Of a DNA stretch of 57,712 nt, positions 25,924 through 36,552 are shown one piece after another. The notes beneath the pieces were generated by a model. That model ran no database searches. It was given only the letters and a program-made list of their open reading frames with translations, and was not told the DNA's origin. The DNA is taken from assembly GCA_021162545.1 (NCBI GenBank), contig JAGGYM010000058.1:1-57712 (forward strand), in the 5' to 3' direction. Every line of letters starts with the position of its first letter. The stretch's first letter is position 1. A program made the translations under genes and the position numbers. Origin of the DNA: Dehalococcoidia bacterium. Its GTDB lineage: Bacteria; Chloroflexota; Dehalococcoidia; GIF9; AB-539-J10.

Positions 25924-27201
25924 TCACCGGCTAATGCTGCAATCCTTTCCGCTTTTTGACTGGCTCCTGCGGCGCAATACCAGTATAGCGGGCATCGATA
26001 TCGCATAGAGCGATAAGAAAATGATAAAAGCCCAGTGGTAACTACCGGTAACGTCATAGATGTAGCCTGCCATGAGGGGCCCGGTAGCAGTTCCAATGTG
26101 TTCCATCAGAAGCGCTGCTCCGAGTATGGCGCCATAGGAAGATAATCCAAAGGTAGTACTGGTAAGCATCGACAACGTTGGCAGCCAGCTGCCTGCCCCA
26201 ATCCCCATGACAATAGAATATATCCATATTAGAGACAGCGGCGAAGTCGGTTTTATGTTCATAATCAAAATTATGGCCACTATTTGAAGAGTGAGCCCGA
26301 TGGCACAAGCATACTTCGCCTGAATGCGGTCGCAAAGCCAGCCAAAGGCGAGTTTGCCGAAGGCGCTTCCCATGCCAACACATCCCAGGGCGCCAGCCAC
26401 CATCGCCGTGGGAAATCCGATATCTTCAAGATGGGGAGCCTGGTTTTGAATAACTCCTACGTGACAGAATGCGTTTAAGAGGAAAGACATCCCGATTAAC
26501 CAGAAGCTCAAAGAGGCAAAGGCCATCTTTGCGTTTGGTCCCGTGGTATTAACAAGTTCAGCATCCGGTGTCCCGTTTTCCTCCGGAGATGTTGCCCCAT
26601 CGGGGTAAAGTCCCATATCCGATGGCTTTGTCCTGATCACAAATAACGCTGTGGGAACAATCGTCACTATTATCAGCAATCCCATCGAAATATACGAGAT
26701 TCTCCACGACCACGTAGGGATGAGATAGCCTCCAACGAGCAGTGCTATCACCATGCCACCTATACCCAGTCCCGCTGACATTATGCCGATGGCCAGCCCT
26801 CTTCTCTTTTCGAACCAGTTGGAAACAGCAACGCTTGCGGGAGCTATGCCTATAGCTGCTCCACCAATTCCTGCGATGGCATAGCTAAGATAAAAATGCC
26901 ACAACTCCTGCATCAATCCCAGCAAGATAAAGCCAATCCCCATCATGAGAGCACCTGCGAAGATGACTCTTCTCACCCCATAGCGATCAACTATCCTGCC
27001 CACCACGGGAGAAAATATTCCCATGCTGAGAAAAAAAACGGTGAAGGCACCCATTATCTCGCCCCGGCCCCACCCCATGTCAGCTTCGAGGGGTTTGACG
27101 AACAGGCTGAAGGTGAAGAAACCGCACCCCTGGCTGATGAAGATGCACAGGAAGGCAGCAGCCAATACCCAGTAGCCGTAGAATATCTTCGGTCTTCTCA
27201 A
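25924..27201 (-). CDS. MFS transporter (paralog of 12913-14214)
   Basis: IFYGY, GRIVDRYGVR, NWFEKRRGLA, GWLCDRI. Confidence 0.9.
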   Translation of the reverse strand: MRRPKIFYGYWVLAAAFLCIFISQGCGFFTFSLFVKPLEADMGWGRGEIMGAFTVFFLSMGIFSPVVGRIVDRYGVRRVIFAGALMMGIGFILLGLMQELWHFYLSYAIAGIGGAAIGIAPASVAVSNWFEKRRGLAIGIMSAGLGIGGMVIALLVGGYLIPTWSWRISYISMGLLIIVTIVPTALFVIRTKPSDMGLYPDGATSPEENGTPDAELVNTTGPNAKMAFASLSFWLIGMSFLLNAFCHVGVIQNQAPHLEDIGFPTAMVAGALGCVGMGSAFGKLAFGWLCDRIQAKYACAIGLTLQIVAIILIMNIKPTSPLSLIWIYSIVMGIGAGSWLPTLSMLTSTTFGLSSYGAILGAALLMEHIGTATGPLMAGYIYDVTGSYHWAFIIFLSLYAISMPAILVLRRRSQSKSGKDCSISR

Positions 27202-27482
27202 GATGTGCTATTCTCCCATAGACTCATATTGTCGCCACCTATTGCACCGATGCTGATTACTCCGCAGAACAATCAACAGGGAAAACTTTTCCACGAAAAT
27301 CAATCTTAACATCAAAATCAAAGGCAATATATACCCCAAAACGACAAAACGCTCTTAATCATGACCTGCCGTAATCATTCACCGAAGAGTGGTATCAATT
27401 CACCTCAACTGCTACATGAAGCCCGCGCTGGACAAACAGTCGCTGAAAAGGATAATATTACTTTCTTAAACAGGAGGTAAGA

Positions 27483-30400
27483 ATGGAGCTAACGCGCAGA
27501 GATTTCCTGAAGTTTTCTGGTGGTGGTGCCGCAGGGATTGCCTTCTTTGGGTTTCTTGACCCCGCCTCGCTTATTGAGGCGGCCCCTATGGATATCCCCC
27601 TCAGGAAAGAAAAAATCGGCGAGAAAACCACGATATGTCCTTATTGTGGTGTGGGGTGCAGCCTGATAGTGGCTGCTGTAAATGGTAAAGCCACAAACAT
27701 TGAGGGAGACCCTGACCATCCTATCAACCAGGGGTCGCTGTGCAGCAAAGGCGCTGCCGTCATTCAGGTGACCAATAATCCCAGGCGGATAGGCAGCGTT
27801 CTCTACCGGGCGCCGGGCGCATATGACTGGGAGGAGAAATCCTGGGATTGGGCTATAGACCGCATCGCCCGTAACATCAAGAAAACGCGCGATGAGAACT
27901 GGACTCATACCGATAGTAAGGGACGCGTTGTCAACCGCACCGAGGCCATAGCCAACGATGGCAGTGCGGTAGTTAACAACGAAGAGGCCTATCTGATAAC
28001 GAAGCTCTGTCGCACCCTGGGCCTGACCTACATCGAACACTGTGCCCGGCTCTGTCATTCTTCTACCGTTGGCGCTCTGGGCGCATCTTTCGGGCGAGGC
28101 GCAATGACCAACCACTGGATCGATCTTAAAAATGCCGACTGTATTATGGTAATCGGGAGCAATGCCGCGGAGAATCATCCGATATCCTTCAAGTGGATAA
28201 CCAAAGCGATGAAAGAGAGGAACGCCAAGCTCATCAGCGTTGACCCTCGCTTCACCAGGACATCTTCCAAAGCAGATATATATGCCAAAATGAGGTCGGG
28301 CACCGATGTGGCGTTCATCGGCGGGATGATCAAATATGTAATTGAAGACATAGAGAGTAATCCCGGCAACTACAATATGACCTATGTTAAACAATATACC
28401 AATGCGACTCTGTTGGTGGACCCCAAGTTTGAAGGGCCGGCAGACCTGGATGGCCTCTTTACCGGTTATGACCCGGCTAAAAGGGAATACGACAGGTCAA
28501 CGTGGGCATATCAAATGGACGATAAGGGAATTCCCAGACGAGACCTTTCCCTCAAGGACCCGAATTGCGTTTTCCAGATTCTTAAGAAGCACTTCGCCCG
28601 CTATGACGTGGACACGGTGTGCAGCATCACGGGAACTCCCAAAGACACCTACATGAAAGTTATCAAGACATATGCGGCAACAGGCAAGACGGGCAAAGCG
28701 GCCACGATCGTCTATGCTATGGGTGCGACTCAGCATACCAATGCCGTCCAGATGATTCGTTCGTACGCTGTATTGCAATTGCTGCTGGGCAATATAGGAG
28801 TGGCCGGTGGTGGAATCAACGCGGCCAGAGGACAATCCAACGTTCAGGGGTCAACCGACCACGCCATCCTCTACCACATCCTTCCGGGCTACCTCAAGAC
28901 ACCCAGCCCTGACGACGTAGACCTGGAAACCTATCTCAAGAATCACACGCCCACGAGCGATGACCCCGAGAGCGCTAACTGGTGGCAGAACTATAAGAAA
29001 TATATGGTTAGCCTGCTCAAGGCGTGGTATGGCGACGCGGCCGTAGCTCCCAACTTTGCTTATGAGCATCTGGCCAAAGTTGAAGGTGACCACTCCCATA
29101 TCGCCATAACTGAGGCGATACACAAGGGAATAATAAAGGGCCTCATCTCATGGGGACACAACACCGCCGTTTCCGGCCCCAACGGCAATATGGAAAGGGC
29201 CGACCTGGACAAGCTCGACTGGGTTCTAGTCTCGGAGCTCTGGGAATCAGAAACTGCCGCCTTCTGGAAAAGGCCGGGAGTTGATCCGGGCAAGATAAAT
29301 ACCGAGGTTTTTCTCCTTCCCGTCAAGGCGTCGATGGAAAAGGAAGGCAGCATTACCAACAGTGGCAGATGGAGCCAGTGGCGCTATGCCTGTTGCGATG
29401 CTCCGGGAATGGCGCAGACGGACCTCTGGGTATTTACCAGGCTCGTCGAGAAATTGAAAGAGCTTTATGCTCAAGAGGGAGGCACCTACCCCGACCCCAT
29501 TCTAAACCTGACATGGGATTACGGGCATGACCCCGATGTTCACCAGGTTGCCAGAGAAATCAATGGCTATGACCTTACCACGGGCAAGCTCCTTCCCAGC
29601 TTTACCAAGCTCCGGGACGATGGTTCCACGACCTCGGGCAACTGGCTCTACTGCGGCAGCTACACCGAAGCCGGCAACATGGCGGCACGGAGGGACCTGA
29701 CCCAGACACCATCCCAGGCAAACATCGGACTTTTTCCCAACTGGTCATGGTGCTGGCCGGTGAACCGCCGCATTCTCTACAACAGGGCTTCGGTTGACCT
29801 CGAAGGAAATCCCTGGAACCCGGAGGCAGCGGTGGTCATCTGGAATCCCCTGCTTTCGAAATGGGAGTGCGATGTTCCCGATGGAGGCTGGCCTCCGATG
29901 GCGAATGAAGGAACCCGGCTTCCTTTCATCATGACCTCTGAGGGCAGAGGGCATCTCTTTGTCCCGGGCAAGGCACTTAAGGACGGGCCCGTGCCGGAGC
30001 ATTATGAGCCATGGGAAAGCCCGGTGCAGAACCTTATGTCCGGTACTCAAAGCGACCCCGTGATTACAATATGGGATTCCGACATGGATTTCAAAGGCGA
30101 ACCTAATAAATATCCCATCGTTTGTACCACATTCCGTCTCTCAGAGCACTGGCAGGCAGGGCAAATGACGAGAAATTTGCCCTGGCTGGTAGAGCTCATG
30201 CCGGAGATGTTCGTTGAAGTGGGCGAGGAGCTGGCCAGGGAAAAAGGCATCGTGAACGGGCAGAAAGCCATTGTGGAGTCGGCCAGGGGAAAGGTCGAGG
30301 CGGTGGCTATGGTTACCAGGCGTTTTACGCCCTTCATGATTGGAGGCAAGAAAGTTCACGAGATTGGTATGCCCTGGCACTGGGGATACATGGGTTTATC

Positions 30401-30500
30401 CAAGGGCGATAGCGCCAATCTCCTTACTGCCAACATAGGTGATGCTAATACCACGATTCCCGAATACAAGGCCTTCCTGTGTGATATCAGACCGGGGTGA
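27483..30500 (+). CDS. fdnG: Formate dehydrogenase alpha subunit (Mo/W-bisPGD), Tat-exported, Cys ligand
   Basis: TRRDFLK Tat motif, CPYCGVGC...C Fe-S motif, ARLCHSST active site, FGRGAMTN, RGQSNVQG, PEYKAF. Confidence 0.95.
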   Translation: MELTRRDFLKFSGGGAAGIAFFGFLDPASLIEAAPMDIPLRKEKIGEKTTICPYCGVGCSLIVAAVNGKATNIEGDPDHPINQGSLCSKGAAVIQVTNNPRRIGSVLYRAPGAYDWEEKSWDWAIDRIARNIKKTRDENWTHTDSKGRVVNRTEAIANDGSAVVNNEEAYLITKLCRTLGLTYIEHCARLCHSSTVGALGASFGRGAMTNHWIDLKNADCIMVIGSNAAENHPISFKWITKAMKERNAKLISVDPRFTRTSSKADIYAKMRSGTDVAFIGGMIKYVIEDIESNPGNYNMTYVKQYTNATLLVDPKFEGPADLDGLFTGYDPAKREYDRSTWAYQMDDKGIPRRDLSLKDPNCVFQILKKHFARYDVDTVCSITGTPKDTYMKVIKTYAATGKTGKAATIVYAMGATQHTNAVQMIRSYAVLQLLLGNIGVAGGGINAARGQSNVQGSTDHAILYHILPGYLKTPSPDDVDLETYLKNHTPTSDDPESANWWQNYKKYMVSLLKAWYGDAAVAPNFAYEHLAKVEGDHSHIAITEAIHKGIIKGLISWGHNTAVSGPNGNMERADLDKLDWVLVSELWESETAAFWKRPGVDPGKINTEVFLLPVKASMEKEGSITNSGRWSQWRYACCDAPGMAQTDLWVFTRLVEKLKELYAQEGGTYPDPILNLTWDYGHDPDVHQVAREINGYDLTTGKLLPSFTKLRDDGSTTSGNWLYCGSYTEAGNMAARRDLTQTPSQANIGLFPNWSWCWPVNRRILYNRASVDLEGNPWNPEAAVVIWNPLLSKWECDVPDGGWPPMANEGTRLPFIMTSEGRGHLFVPGKALKDGPVPEHYEPWESPVQNLMSGTQSDPVITIWDSDMDFKGEPNKYPIVCTTFRLSEHWQAGQMTRNLPWLVELMPEMFVEVGEELAREKGIVNGQKAIVESARGKVEAVAMVTRRFTPFMIGGKKVHEIGMPWHWGYMGLSKGDSANLLTANIGDANTTIPEYKAFLCDIRPG

Positions 30501-30572
30501 GGTGCGTAATAATATATAGAAAGGTCGTGATGTGACGAAAAATGGGTGTACCTGGAGCAATGGAGAAAGATA

Positions 30573-31379
30573 ATGGCTAAAGCGATGCTCAACGATGTTA
30601 CCATGTGTATTGGCTGCCGTGCATGTCAGATTGCCTGCAAGCAGTGGCATGACCTTCCTGCGGTAAAAACTCATAACCTGGGGACATTTGAAAACCCCCC
30701 TGACCTTTCGGCTGATACCTGGACCAGGATCCATTTCAGGGAATTCGATGACAATGGCACCTTGAAATGGCTTTTCAGCAAGCACCAGTGCCTGCACTGC
30801 ACAGAGGCATCATGCGTCGATGTCTGTCCTTCCGGCGCCCTCAAGCGGGACCCGCATTTCGGCTTCGTCACCTATAATGAAAACAGGTGTACCGGCTGCG
30901 GTTACTGCGTTGAGTTTTGCCCTTTCAAAATCCCCAGGATGGATGAACACGTCAGCAAGTTGCTGGGCACAGGGAAGATGGGAGGCAAGTGTGACTTCTG
31001 CTGCGACCGCGTGAGCAACGGTCTGGAGCCCGCCTGCGCCAAGGTATGCCCTACGGGAGCGATAAAGTTCGGTGAGAGGGATGCCCTGGTGATGGAAGGG
31101 AGGGAGAGAGTGGCAGCCTTGAAGGCGACTCATCCCGATGCCAATCTCTATGGAGAGTATGAACTCGGTGGCTTGCATATGCTCTATGTACTTGATAGGA
31201 AACCTGCGGTCTATGATTTCCCCGAGAACCCACAAAAGCCCGCTGCTGCCACCTCGCTGCCCATTGAGAAGTGGACCGGCATCGGTCTCGGTTTGCTGGC
31301 GGGTGCAGGTATCCTGACGGCATCGGTGGTTGCCCGGGCAAGGATGATTCAAGAGGAGAAAGAAAATGGCACAGAATAA
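30573..31379 (+). CDS. fdnH: Formate dehydrogenase iron-sulfur subunit
   Basis: CIGCRACQIAC, CLHC, CTGCGYC, KCDFC, PACAKVCP; C-terminal TM. Confidence 0.92.
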   Translation: MAKAMLNDVTMCIGCRACQIACKQWHDLPAVKTHNLGTFENPPDLSADTWTRIHFREFDDNGTLKWLFSKHQCLHCTEASCVDVCPSGALKRDPHFGFVTYNENRCTGCGYCVEFCPFKIPRMDEHVSKLLGTGKMGGKCDFCCDRVSNGLEPACAKVCPTGAIKFGERDALVMEGRERVAALKATHPDANLYGEYELGGLHMLYVLDRKPAVYDFPENPQKPAAATSLPIEKWTGIGLGLLAGAGILTASVVARARMIQEEKENGTE

Positions 31380-32109
31380 GAAGCAAAGAGGCCTGATACC
31401 ATCCGCCTTTCATACTATCGGCGATGTTGCCGGTACATTTCTCTTCAACTATCTTTTCGACGATCCCGAGAGAAAGGGCGTTATGCGCTTCAGCTTTCCG
31501 GCAAGGACCTTCCACTGGACAGTGGTGATTTTGGTCATGTTGCTGGGGCTGACAGGCCTGATTCTCTTCGTGCCCGGTTGGGGAGTGGCCTCGGTGGCGG
31601 GGTGGACGCGCATCGTTCACCGGATTTGCGTTTACATATCCGCCGTTGTTCTGGTAATTTACTTCATCACTTACCGTCAAAGCTGCCTGGCATATCTGAA
31701 GGAAGCTTTTACCTGGACGAAGGCCGATCTCGGATGGGTGAGAGCAGCGGTTGATTATTACCTTGGTGGTGATGAGAGCAAAATGCCTCCCCAAGGACAC
31801 ATAAATCCCGGCCAAAAGATATGGGAGCTCATTACCGTCGTCTGTGGAGCTCTTTTCATCATCACGGGGGCCGTGATGACCTTTGCCAAAGGCGCTGTAG
31901 CTCCGGGCGTCTTCCAGTGGTGTGTCTTTACTCACGATATCGCCTTCATCGTCGGTGGTGCCATGCTGATAGTACATATCGTGCTTGGCACGCTGCATCC
32001 CAGGATGAGCGAATCCCTTCGCTCGATGATAACGGGGAAGATATCCGTGCACTACGCCAAGAGCCACTATGGCAAGTGGTACGACAAGATAGCGGAGAAG
32101 CAATCTTAA
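31366..32109 (+). CDS. fdnI: Formate dehydrogenase cytochrome b (gamma) subunit
   Basis: Four TMs with heme His residues (RTFHW, IVHR, THD, VHI), PQGHINPGQK, SMITG...WY. Confidence 0.88.
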   Translation: MAQNKKQRGLIPSAFHTIGDVAGTFLFNYLFDDPERKGVMRFSFPARTFHWTVVILVMLLGLTGLILFVPGWGVASVAGWTRIVHRICVYISAVVLVIYFITYRQSCLAYLKEAFTWTKADLGWVRAAVDYYLGGDESKMPPQGHINPGQKIWELITVVCGALFIITGAVMTFAKGAVAPGVFQWCVFTHDIAFIVGGAMLIVHIVLGTLHPRMSESLRSMITGKISVHYAKSHYGKWYDKIAEKQS

Positions 32110-32112
32110 AAA

Positions 32113-32967
32113 GTGACTGTACAGGCAGATAGTCAGGTACTGGAACGGTTGCCGCAGTGGCAGGAACAGTCGCCGGGTTATATAGGCCTTCACCGGGAGC
32201 TCCTGCAGCTCAAGGTGGAATCTTCCCTCTTGCCCTTGCTGGAAGGGTACATTTCAGCAGCTGCACCAAAGCTCGCCTCCGCTGATAGCATTGCCCTTCA
32301 ATTTAGTGATTTACTTCCTCTCTGGACAGAGCTGGAAAGGCTGTTTCGCGAAGCAAGTTCCATCATTTGTGCCCGCATGCCCGACCAGTCTTCTGACGAC
32401 GCTTCTGCACTGATGCAGTTCGCAGGGCAACCATCGCTGATAAAGAGCACGGCCGAAAGCTGGTATCAGAATTCCCCCATGGCCGATGTGGCTGGAGAGA
32501 CGAACGTTGACCGGATGATACTTTCACTCTGCTTTAAAGCCGCCTTCCACCCCGTGCTGGTCAGGTATGCCGAAGTGCTGGCGCCACTGGTAAAGCAGGA
32601 CAGCTGGAGGAGGAATGTCTGCCCCGTATGCGGAGGCAGGCCGGATTTCGCCTTTCTCGACAAGGAAGCGGGTGCCCGCTGGTTAATTTGCTCCCGTTGC
32701 GACGCCGAATGGCTCTTTGCCCGCCTTAAGTGCCCTTTCTGCGAAACCCAGGACCAGGGCGCCTTATCCTATTCCACCGACGATAAACAGTTATACCGCC
32801 TTTATACCTGTGACCGCTGCCGGGCCTACATCAAAGCCATAGACCTTCGCTGCACCGAGAACGATGTCCTCCTTCCCCTGGAGCGCATCCTCACGCTCGA
32901 CCTAGACAGACAGGCAATAGAAGCAGGATATGCTCAGAGTTCGGCGTTTCCGGGTTCTGTTGAGTGA
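32113..32967 (+). CDS. fdhE: Formate dehydrogenase accessory protein FdhE
   Basis: CPVCG, CSRC..EW...R..CPFC, CDRC.AYIK, TLDLD. Confidence 0.9.
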   Translation: MTVQADSQVLERLPQWQEQSPGYIGLHRELLQLKVESSLLPLLEGYISAAAPKLASADSIALQFSDLLPLWTELERLFREASSIICARMPDQSSDDASALMQFAGQPSLIKSTAESWYQNSPMADVAGETNVDRMILSLCFKAAFHPVLVRYAEVLAPLVKQDSWRRNVCPVCGGRPDFAFLDKEAGARWLICSRCDAEWLFARLKCPFCETQDQGALSYSTDDKQLYRLYTCDRCRAYIKAIDLRCTENDVLLPLERILTLDLDRQAIEAGYAQSSAFPGSVE

Positions 32968-32998
32968 CTTGTTATTTTATTACCGTAAGGAGGTCATT

Positions 32999-33613
32999 GT
33001 GGAAAATAGAGTACAGTGGATTTACACCTCTCGCGACGACAAGGAATTACTCGAGCGCTACAACCAGTGGGCCAAGGACTACGATGCGGATCTCGAACAG
33101 GGCCATGAATATCAAGGGCCACAGCTTACTGCCGAGTTCTTCACCCGGTACGTACCGAATGGGGCAAGAGTTCTGGACGCTGGAGCCGGTACTGGCCTGA
33201 TGGGCGTGGCTTTGGCCGAATTGGGCTATCATGATTTAGTGGCCACGGATTTTTCTCAAGGCATGATCGACGAAGCACGCAAGAAGAACGTGTATCAGGA
33301 ACTCCACCAGATGGTGCTGGGGAAACCTTTAGACTTTGCTACCGACTGCTTTGATGCCATAGTGAGCGTTGGCGTGTTTACTGGGGCACACGCCCCAGCC
33401 AGCTCTTTTGATGAACTGGTTCGTATTACCAAACCAGGCGGACACATTATTTTCACTCTGTCCACCGAAGCATATGAGAACTCCGGGTTCAAGGAAAAGC
33501 TGTTTGCTCTGGAATCGGAGGGTAAGTGGAAGCTCATGGAGACAAGTCAGAAACAACTACTTACTAAAGAAGGTGCTGGCGTGTACCATCAGGTCTGGAT
33601 ATACCAGGTCTGA
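32999..33613 (+). CDS. Class I SAM-dependent methyltransferase
   Basis: YNQWAKDYD, VLDAGAGTG, SVGVFT, RITKPGG; AAGGAGG SD with GTG start. Confidence 0.88.
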   Translation: MENRVQWIYTSRDDKELLERYNQWAKDYDADLEQGHEYQGPQLTAEFFTRYVPNGARVLDAGAGTGLMGVALAELGYHDLVATDFSQGMIDEARKKNVYQELHQMVLGKPLDFATDCFDAIVSVGVFTGAHAPASSFDELVRITKPGGHIIFTLSTEAYENSGFKEKLFALESEGKWKLMETSQKQLLTKEGAGVYHQVWIYQV

Positions 33614-33815
33614 CAGATGAACTCAGGACACAGGACTTCAGGTGTCAGGACGTTACCCGTAACCTTTGTGGGGAAAGTGAGCCCGTTAGCCTGTTCACCA
33701 AGCGATCATTGAATCCGCATTCCCTAAAAGGTGGCAGGTCCAAATGGACAGGACTGCCTGATTAAAATAGGAGTATCCCACAGAGAGTTGCATTTACAGC
33801 TAAAGGGAGGAAGTC

Positions 33816-34655
33816 ATGCTAAAGCTGTCTCGAGTATCACCGCACGAGTGGGAGTTCGTCTATCCTGATATATACGGTGACTTGATGGACGAGTTCCACA
33901 GGGGGTGTGAACTATATGAGGAAGGCAATCTTGACGAAGCTGAAAAGATTTTCCAAGCAGTGCTCACTCAGATGCCCGACCATTTAGACGCAATCCATCA
34001 TTTGGCTCTGGTTCTATCCGATCGAAATCTATTAGACGAGGCACGAGATCTCTGGGAACAAACTGTCCGTATTGGTCACAAGGCATTCCCCCAGGATTTC
34101 GAAATAGAGAGAGACCTCCTTGAATGGGGATGGCTAGATAACAGGCCTTTTCTGCGATGCCTTCATGGATTGGCCCTGGCCAGATATGAGGACGGAGAAA
34201 CAGAGGAGGCTCTGAAGCTATTTCGGGAGTCACTCTCTTTGAACCCCGGAGATAATCAGGGTATTCGAGCCATGGCAGTAGAAGCATTGTTCGAGCTAGG
34301 AAGATTTGAAGATGCTCTTGAGATTACCATGAAGTATCCTAATGACATAATGCCCGAGACCATCTACGGGCGCGCCCTGATTCTTTTCAAGCTGGGGCAG
34401 CGACAAGAAGCGACTGCAGCACTTCAGAAAGCTATTGGATATTTACCCCTGGTAGGGAAAGAACTTCTGAAGACTAAACACCGGCTGCCCAGAACAGCGC
34501 GCCCGGGTACGGTTACCCTGGGTGGTGCTGATGAGGCTTACGATTATTGGGAACGTTCGGGCCGATTCTGGGAGGAAGATACTGCAGCGCTGGAATGGTT
34601 GAGAGAAATAATGAAGCAGACCGACCCCAAGGCCCATCGAGGTAAGTACCGATAG
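33816..34655 (+). CDS. Tetratricopeptide-repeat protein
   Basis: TPR-like helices; WGWLDNRPFLR and NPGDNQGIR motifs; GGAGG SD. Confidence 0.75.
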   Translation: MLKLSRVSPHEWEFVYPDIYGDLMDEFHRGCELYEEGNLDEAEKIFQAVLTQMPDHLDAIHHLALVLSDRNLLDEARDLWEQTVRIGHKAFPQDFEIERDLLEWGWLDNRPFLRCLHGLALARYEDGETEEALKLFRESLSLNPGDNQGIRAMAVEALFELGRFEDALEITMKYPNDIMPETIYGRALILFKLGQRQEATAALQKAIGYLPLVGKELLKTKHRLPRTARPGTVTLGGADEAYDYWERSGRFWEEDTAALEWLREIMKQTDPKAHRGKYR

Positions 34656-34872
34656 TAGTATTTTGATGACTACAGCAATGACCATTTGTCAGAGACAGAA
34701 AGACATTTGTCCAGGTTAGGCACTGAATTAAACAATAGCCTGTTCTGTTACCCGATTGCACAGACTGCCAGATTGGATTATCTGTGACCTCTAAACTATG
34801 GTTTTGCAGGGCCGTTGAAGCATCCCTTGAGCATTGTTTTCTAGCGCCATTGTTTGATTCTGACATGCTCCT

Positions 34873-35208
34873 TCCATAACCGGTGTCCGGTATGCGCATG
34901 TGCCTTTTGGCCCGGCGCCTGACAACTATGGAATATACTATGGCACGTTGCGTTCCAGGGAAGAGATAGAGTTACTGGAGGAGCTATACCCCAACGGCAA
35001 TGCAGGTGAAATTATCAGGGCGGTAAAAGAACCTGATTTGAACGTGTTTTCCGCTGGCGAACTTCGTATCATGGCCTCCGTTAAGGAACATTTTGAAGGA
35101 TTCAATGCCAGCAGAATAAGCCGCTTCTCTCACCAGGAGGTGGCTTACCAGGAAACGGACAACGGCGATATCATCTCCTATAACTACGCCAATCAGTTAA
35201 ATCTCTAG
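34873..35208 (+). pseudogene. C-terminal fragment of a Panacea (DUF4065/SocA-like) antitoxin
   Basis: SITGVRYAHVPFGPAP...SRFSHQEVAY...ISYNYA. In-frame TGA at 34861; N-terminal KL motif and start are missing. Confidence 0.75.
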
Positions 35209-35245
35209 TTCTTCGAAGTAGTGACGTTCTCTCTGGAAACTGGTC

Positions 35246-35920
35246 TCACCATCCAAATATTTTCTTTAACCGCTCTATTAGCGAAGTTGAGCTCTCAGGT
35301 GGCAATCCCTGTAATCCGTGCAGTTTATTTATCGTTTTCCGCCACCAATATTTGCGCAATGCTTCTCTCCGACCTAGTAGTTTTCTTAAAACTAAGTCAT
35401 ACTCACATATAATTCTTCTGCCGGTTCCTAAAACCGTTATTCGTAGAAGATATTGGCTAATATTGGGTTCCTCTCTGCTTTTGAGGTAAGCCCATATATC
35501 ACTGAATTTTTTATCAATGCCCTGAAAGGCAATAGTAGCGTGGAAGGCGTGGTTTCTCTGACTATCCCAAGCCTGGCCAGTAGATACCTTTCTCAATTCT
35601 TGGGATAATTCCCACCTTAAATTTTCTAGCTCCTCAGAAGGAGTTATATCAAAATATATAACCTTTGGGGTTTTATTAAAATAACTGAATCCTTTAATCT
35701 TGAAGGGGACTAAAGCATATCTTAGCCCTACCTTCTCTACTGCCGAAATCACCTTCCTGATATCATCAGTTCTGCCTGGGCCATACAAGGAAATATGAGG
35801 TACTACCCTTTTCCTTGTGACACCTCGAACTCGAAATTTCTTAGCGACAGAATATACAACGTCTCTCGCGTATTCTTTTGCATATCCGTGCATCCGGAAT
35901 TCAACTAAAAAGTGAGCCAC
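35246..35920 (-). CDS. 2H phosphoesterase (2'-5' RNA ligase/LigT-like) with C-terminal amphipathic tail
   Basis: Two HxS/T motifs (PHISL, FHATI); ends SLIERLKKIFGW. Confidence 0.85.
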   Translation of the reverse strand: MAHFLVEFRMHGYAKEYARDVVYSVAKKFRVRGVTRKRVVPHISLYGPGRTDDIRKVISAVEKVGLRYALVPFKIKGFSYFNKTPKVIYFDITPSEELENLRWELSQELRKVSTGQAWDSQRNHAFHATIAFQGIDKKFSDIWAYLKSREEPNISQYLLRITVLGTGRRIICEYDLVLRKLLGRREALRKYWWRKTINKLHGLQGLPPESSTSLIERLKKIFGW

Positions 35921-36049
35921 GAGCGTACCTATAATGTTAAAATGTTCTATTTACCCAATGTTGCTTCTATTTATCGCCGGATTCTCTCTATTCATCCTGA
36001 ATCACTGTCGTTTCTCAGGCTAATATTCCGCCTCCAAATTTTTATTATA

Positions 36050-36508
36050 TTAAGTGAACCATTCAAGTAACCTGCTCAAAAAGCTTGTTCTTCTTCTCCC
36101 CAGGCTGCTCTTCTTCTTATAGCTGTAATACTTCTCAATAATTTCCCTGGTTACACCCGAAATATGAACTCCTGAGTCAGGTTTGTAAAAAGCAACGTAC
36201 TCGATCTCATGTCGAGGACTTGGGTTACCATGAGCTTTGACCAAGCACACAGTGTGATGGTCCTGGAAATAGCCATGACCGTGCGATTTTGATATTCTTC
36301 CTCTATGCCTGAACAAGTATTTTGCATAGTAGGGTTTTAAGCTTGTCTCTTCCCATAATTCTCTCATGGCGGCTTCAATTCTCGGCTCGCCTCTGTTAGC
36401 CCCACCACCAGGCAGTAAAAAGATCTTGCTTCTACCTGCCGTAACAAGGATGCCTTTTTCTGTCTCGACAATTGCTGTTCCTCTACGTCGTTTTTTTACT
36501 TCAGACAT
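36050..36508 (-). CDS. NUDIX hydrolase with C-terminal amphipathic tail
   Basis: LPGGGANRGEPRIEAAMRELWEETSL Nudix box; AAAGGAG SD before MSEVKK; ends SFLSRLLEWFT. Confidence 0.9.
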   Translation of the reverse strand: MSEVKKRRRGTAIVETEKGILVTAGRSKIFLLPGGGANRGEPRIEAAMRELWEETSLKPYYAKYLFRHRGRISKSHGHGYFQDHHTVCLVKAHGNPSPRHEIEYVAFYKPDSGVHISGVTREIIEKYYSYKKKSSLGRRRTSFLSRLLEWFT

Positions 36509-36552
36509 TAGCCGCACTCCTTTCCAACTGATATCCCCCGGCCCGGGCAATC

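Noticed and set aside
28051-28110. SECIS or Sec codon in fdnG
   Set aside because: The active-site codon is TGT (Cys) and the frame is uninterrupted.
31051-32193. 380-aa antisense ORF (similarly 24970-25893, 27489-28394, 8475-9047)
   Set aside because: Shadow frames opposite well-supported genes, with no motifs or SD.
33621-33651. Clustered CAGGAC/TCAGG motifs as att site or iterons
   Set aside because: Too short and irregular, with no matching copy at the other island edge.
34513-34899. 128-aa minus-strand ORF as a toxin partner of the Panacea fragment
   Set aside because: Overlaps the TPR gene and the antitoxin remnant in antisense, and has no recognisable toxin motif.
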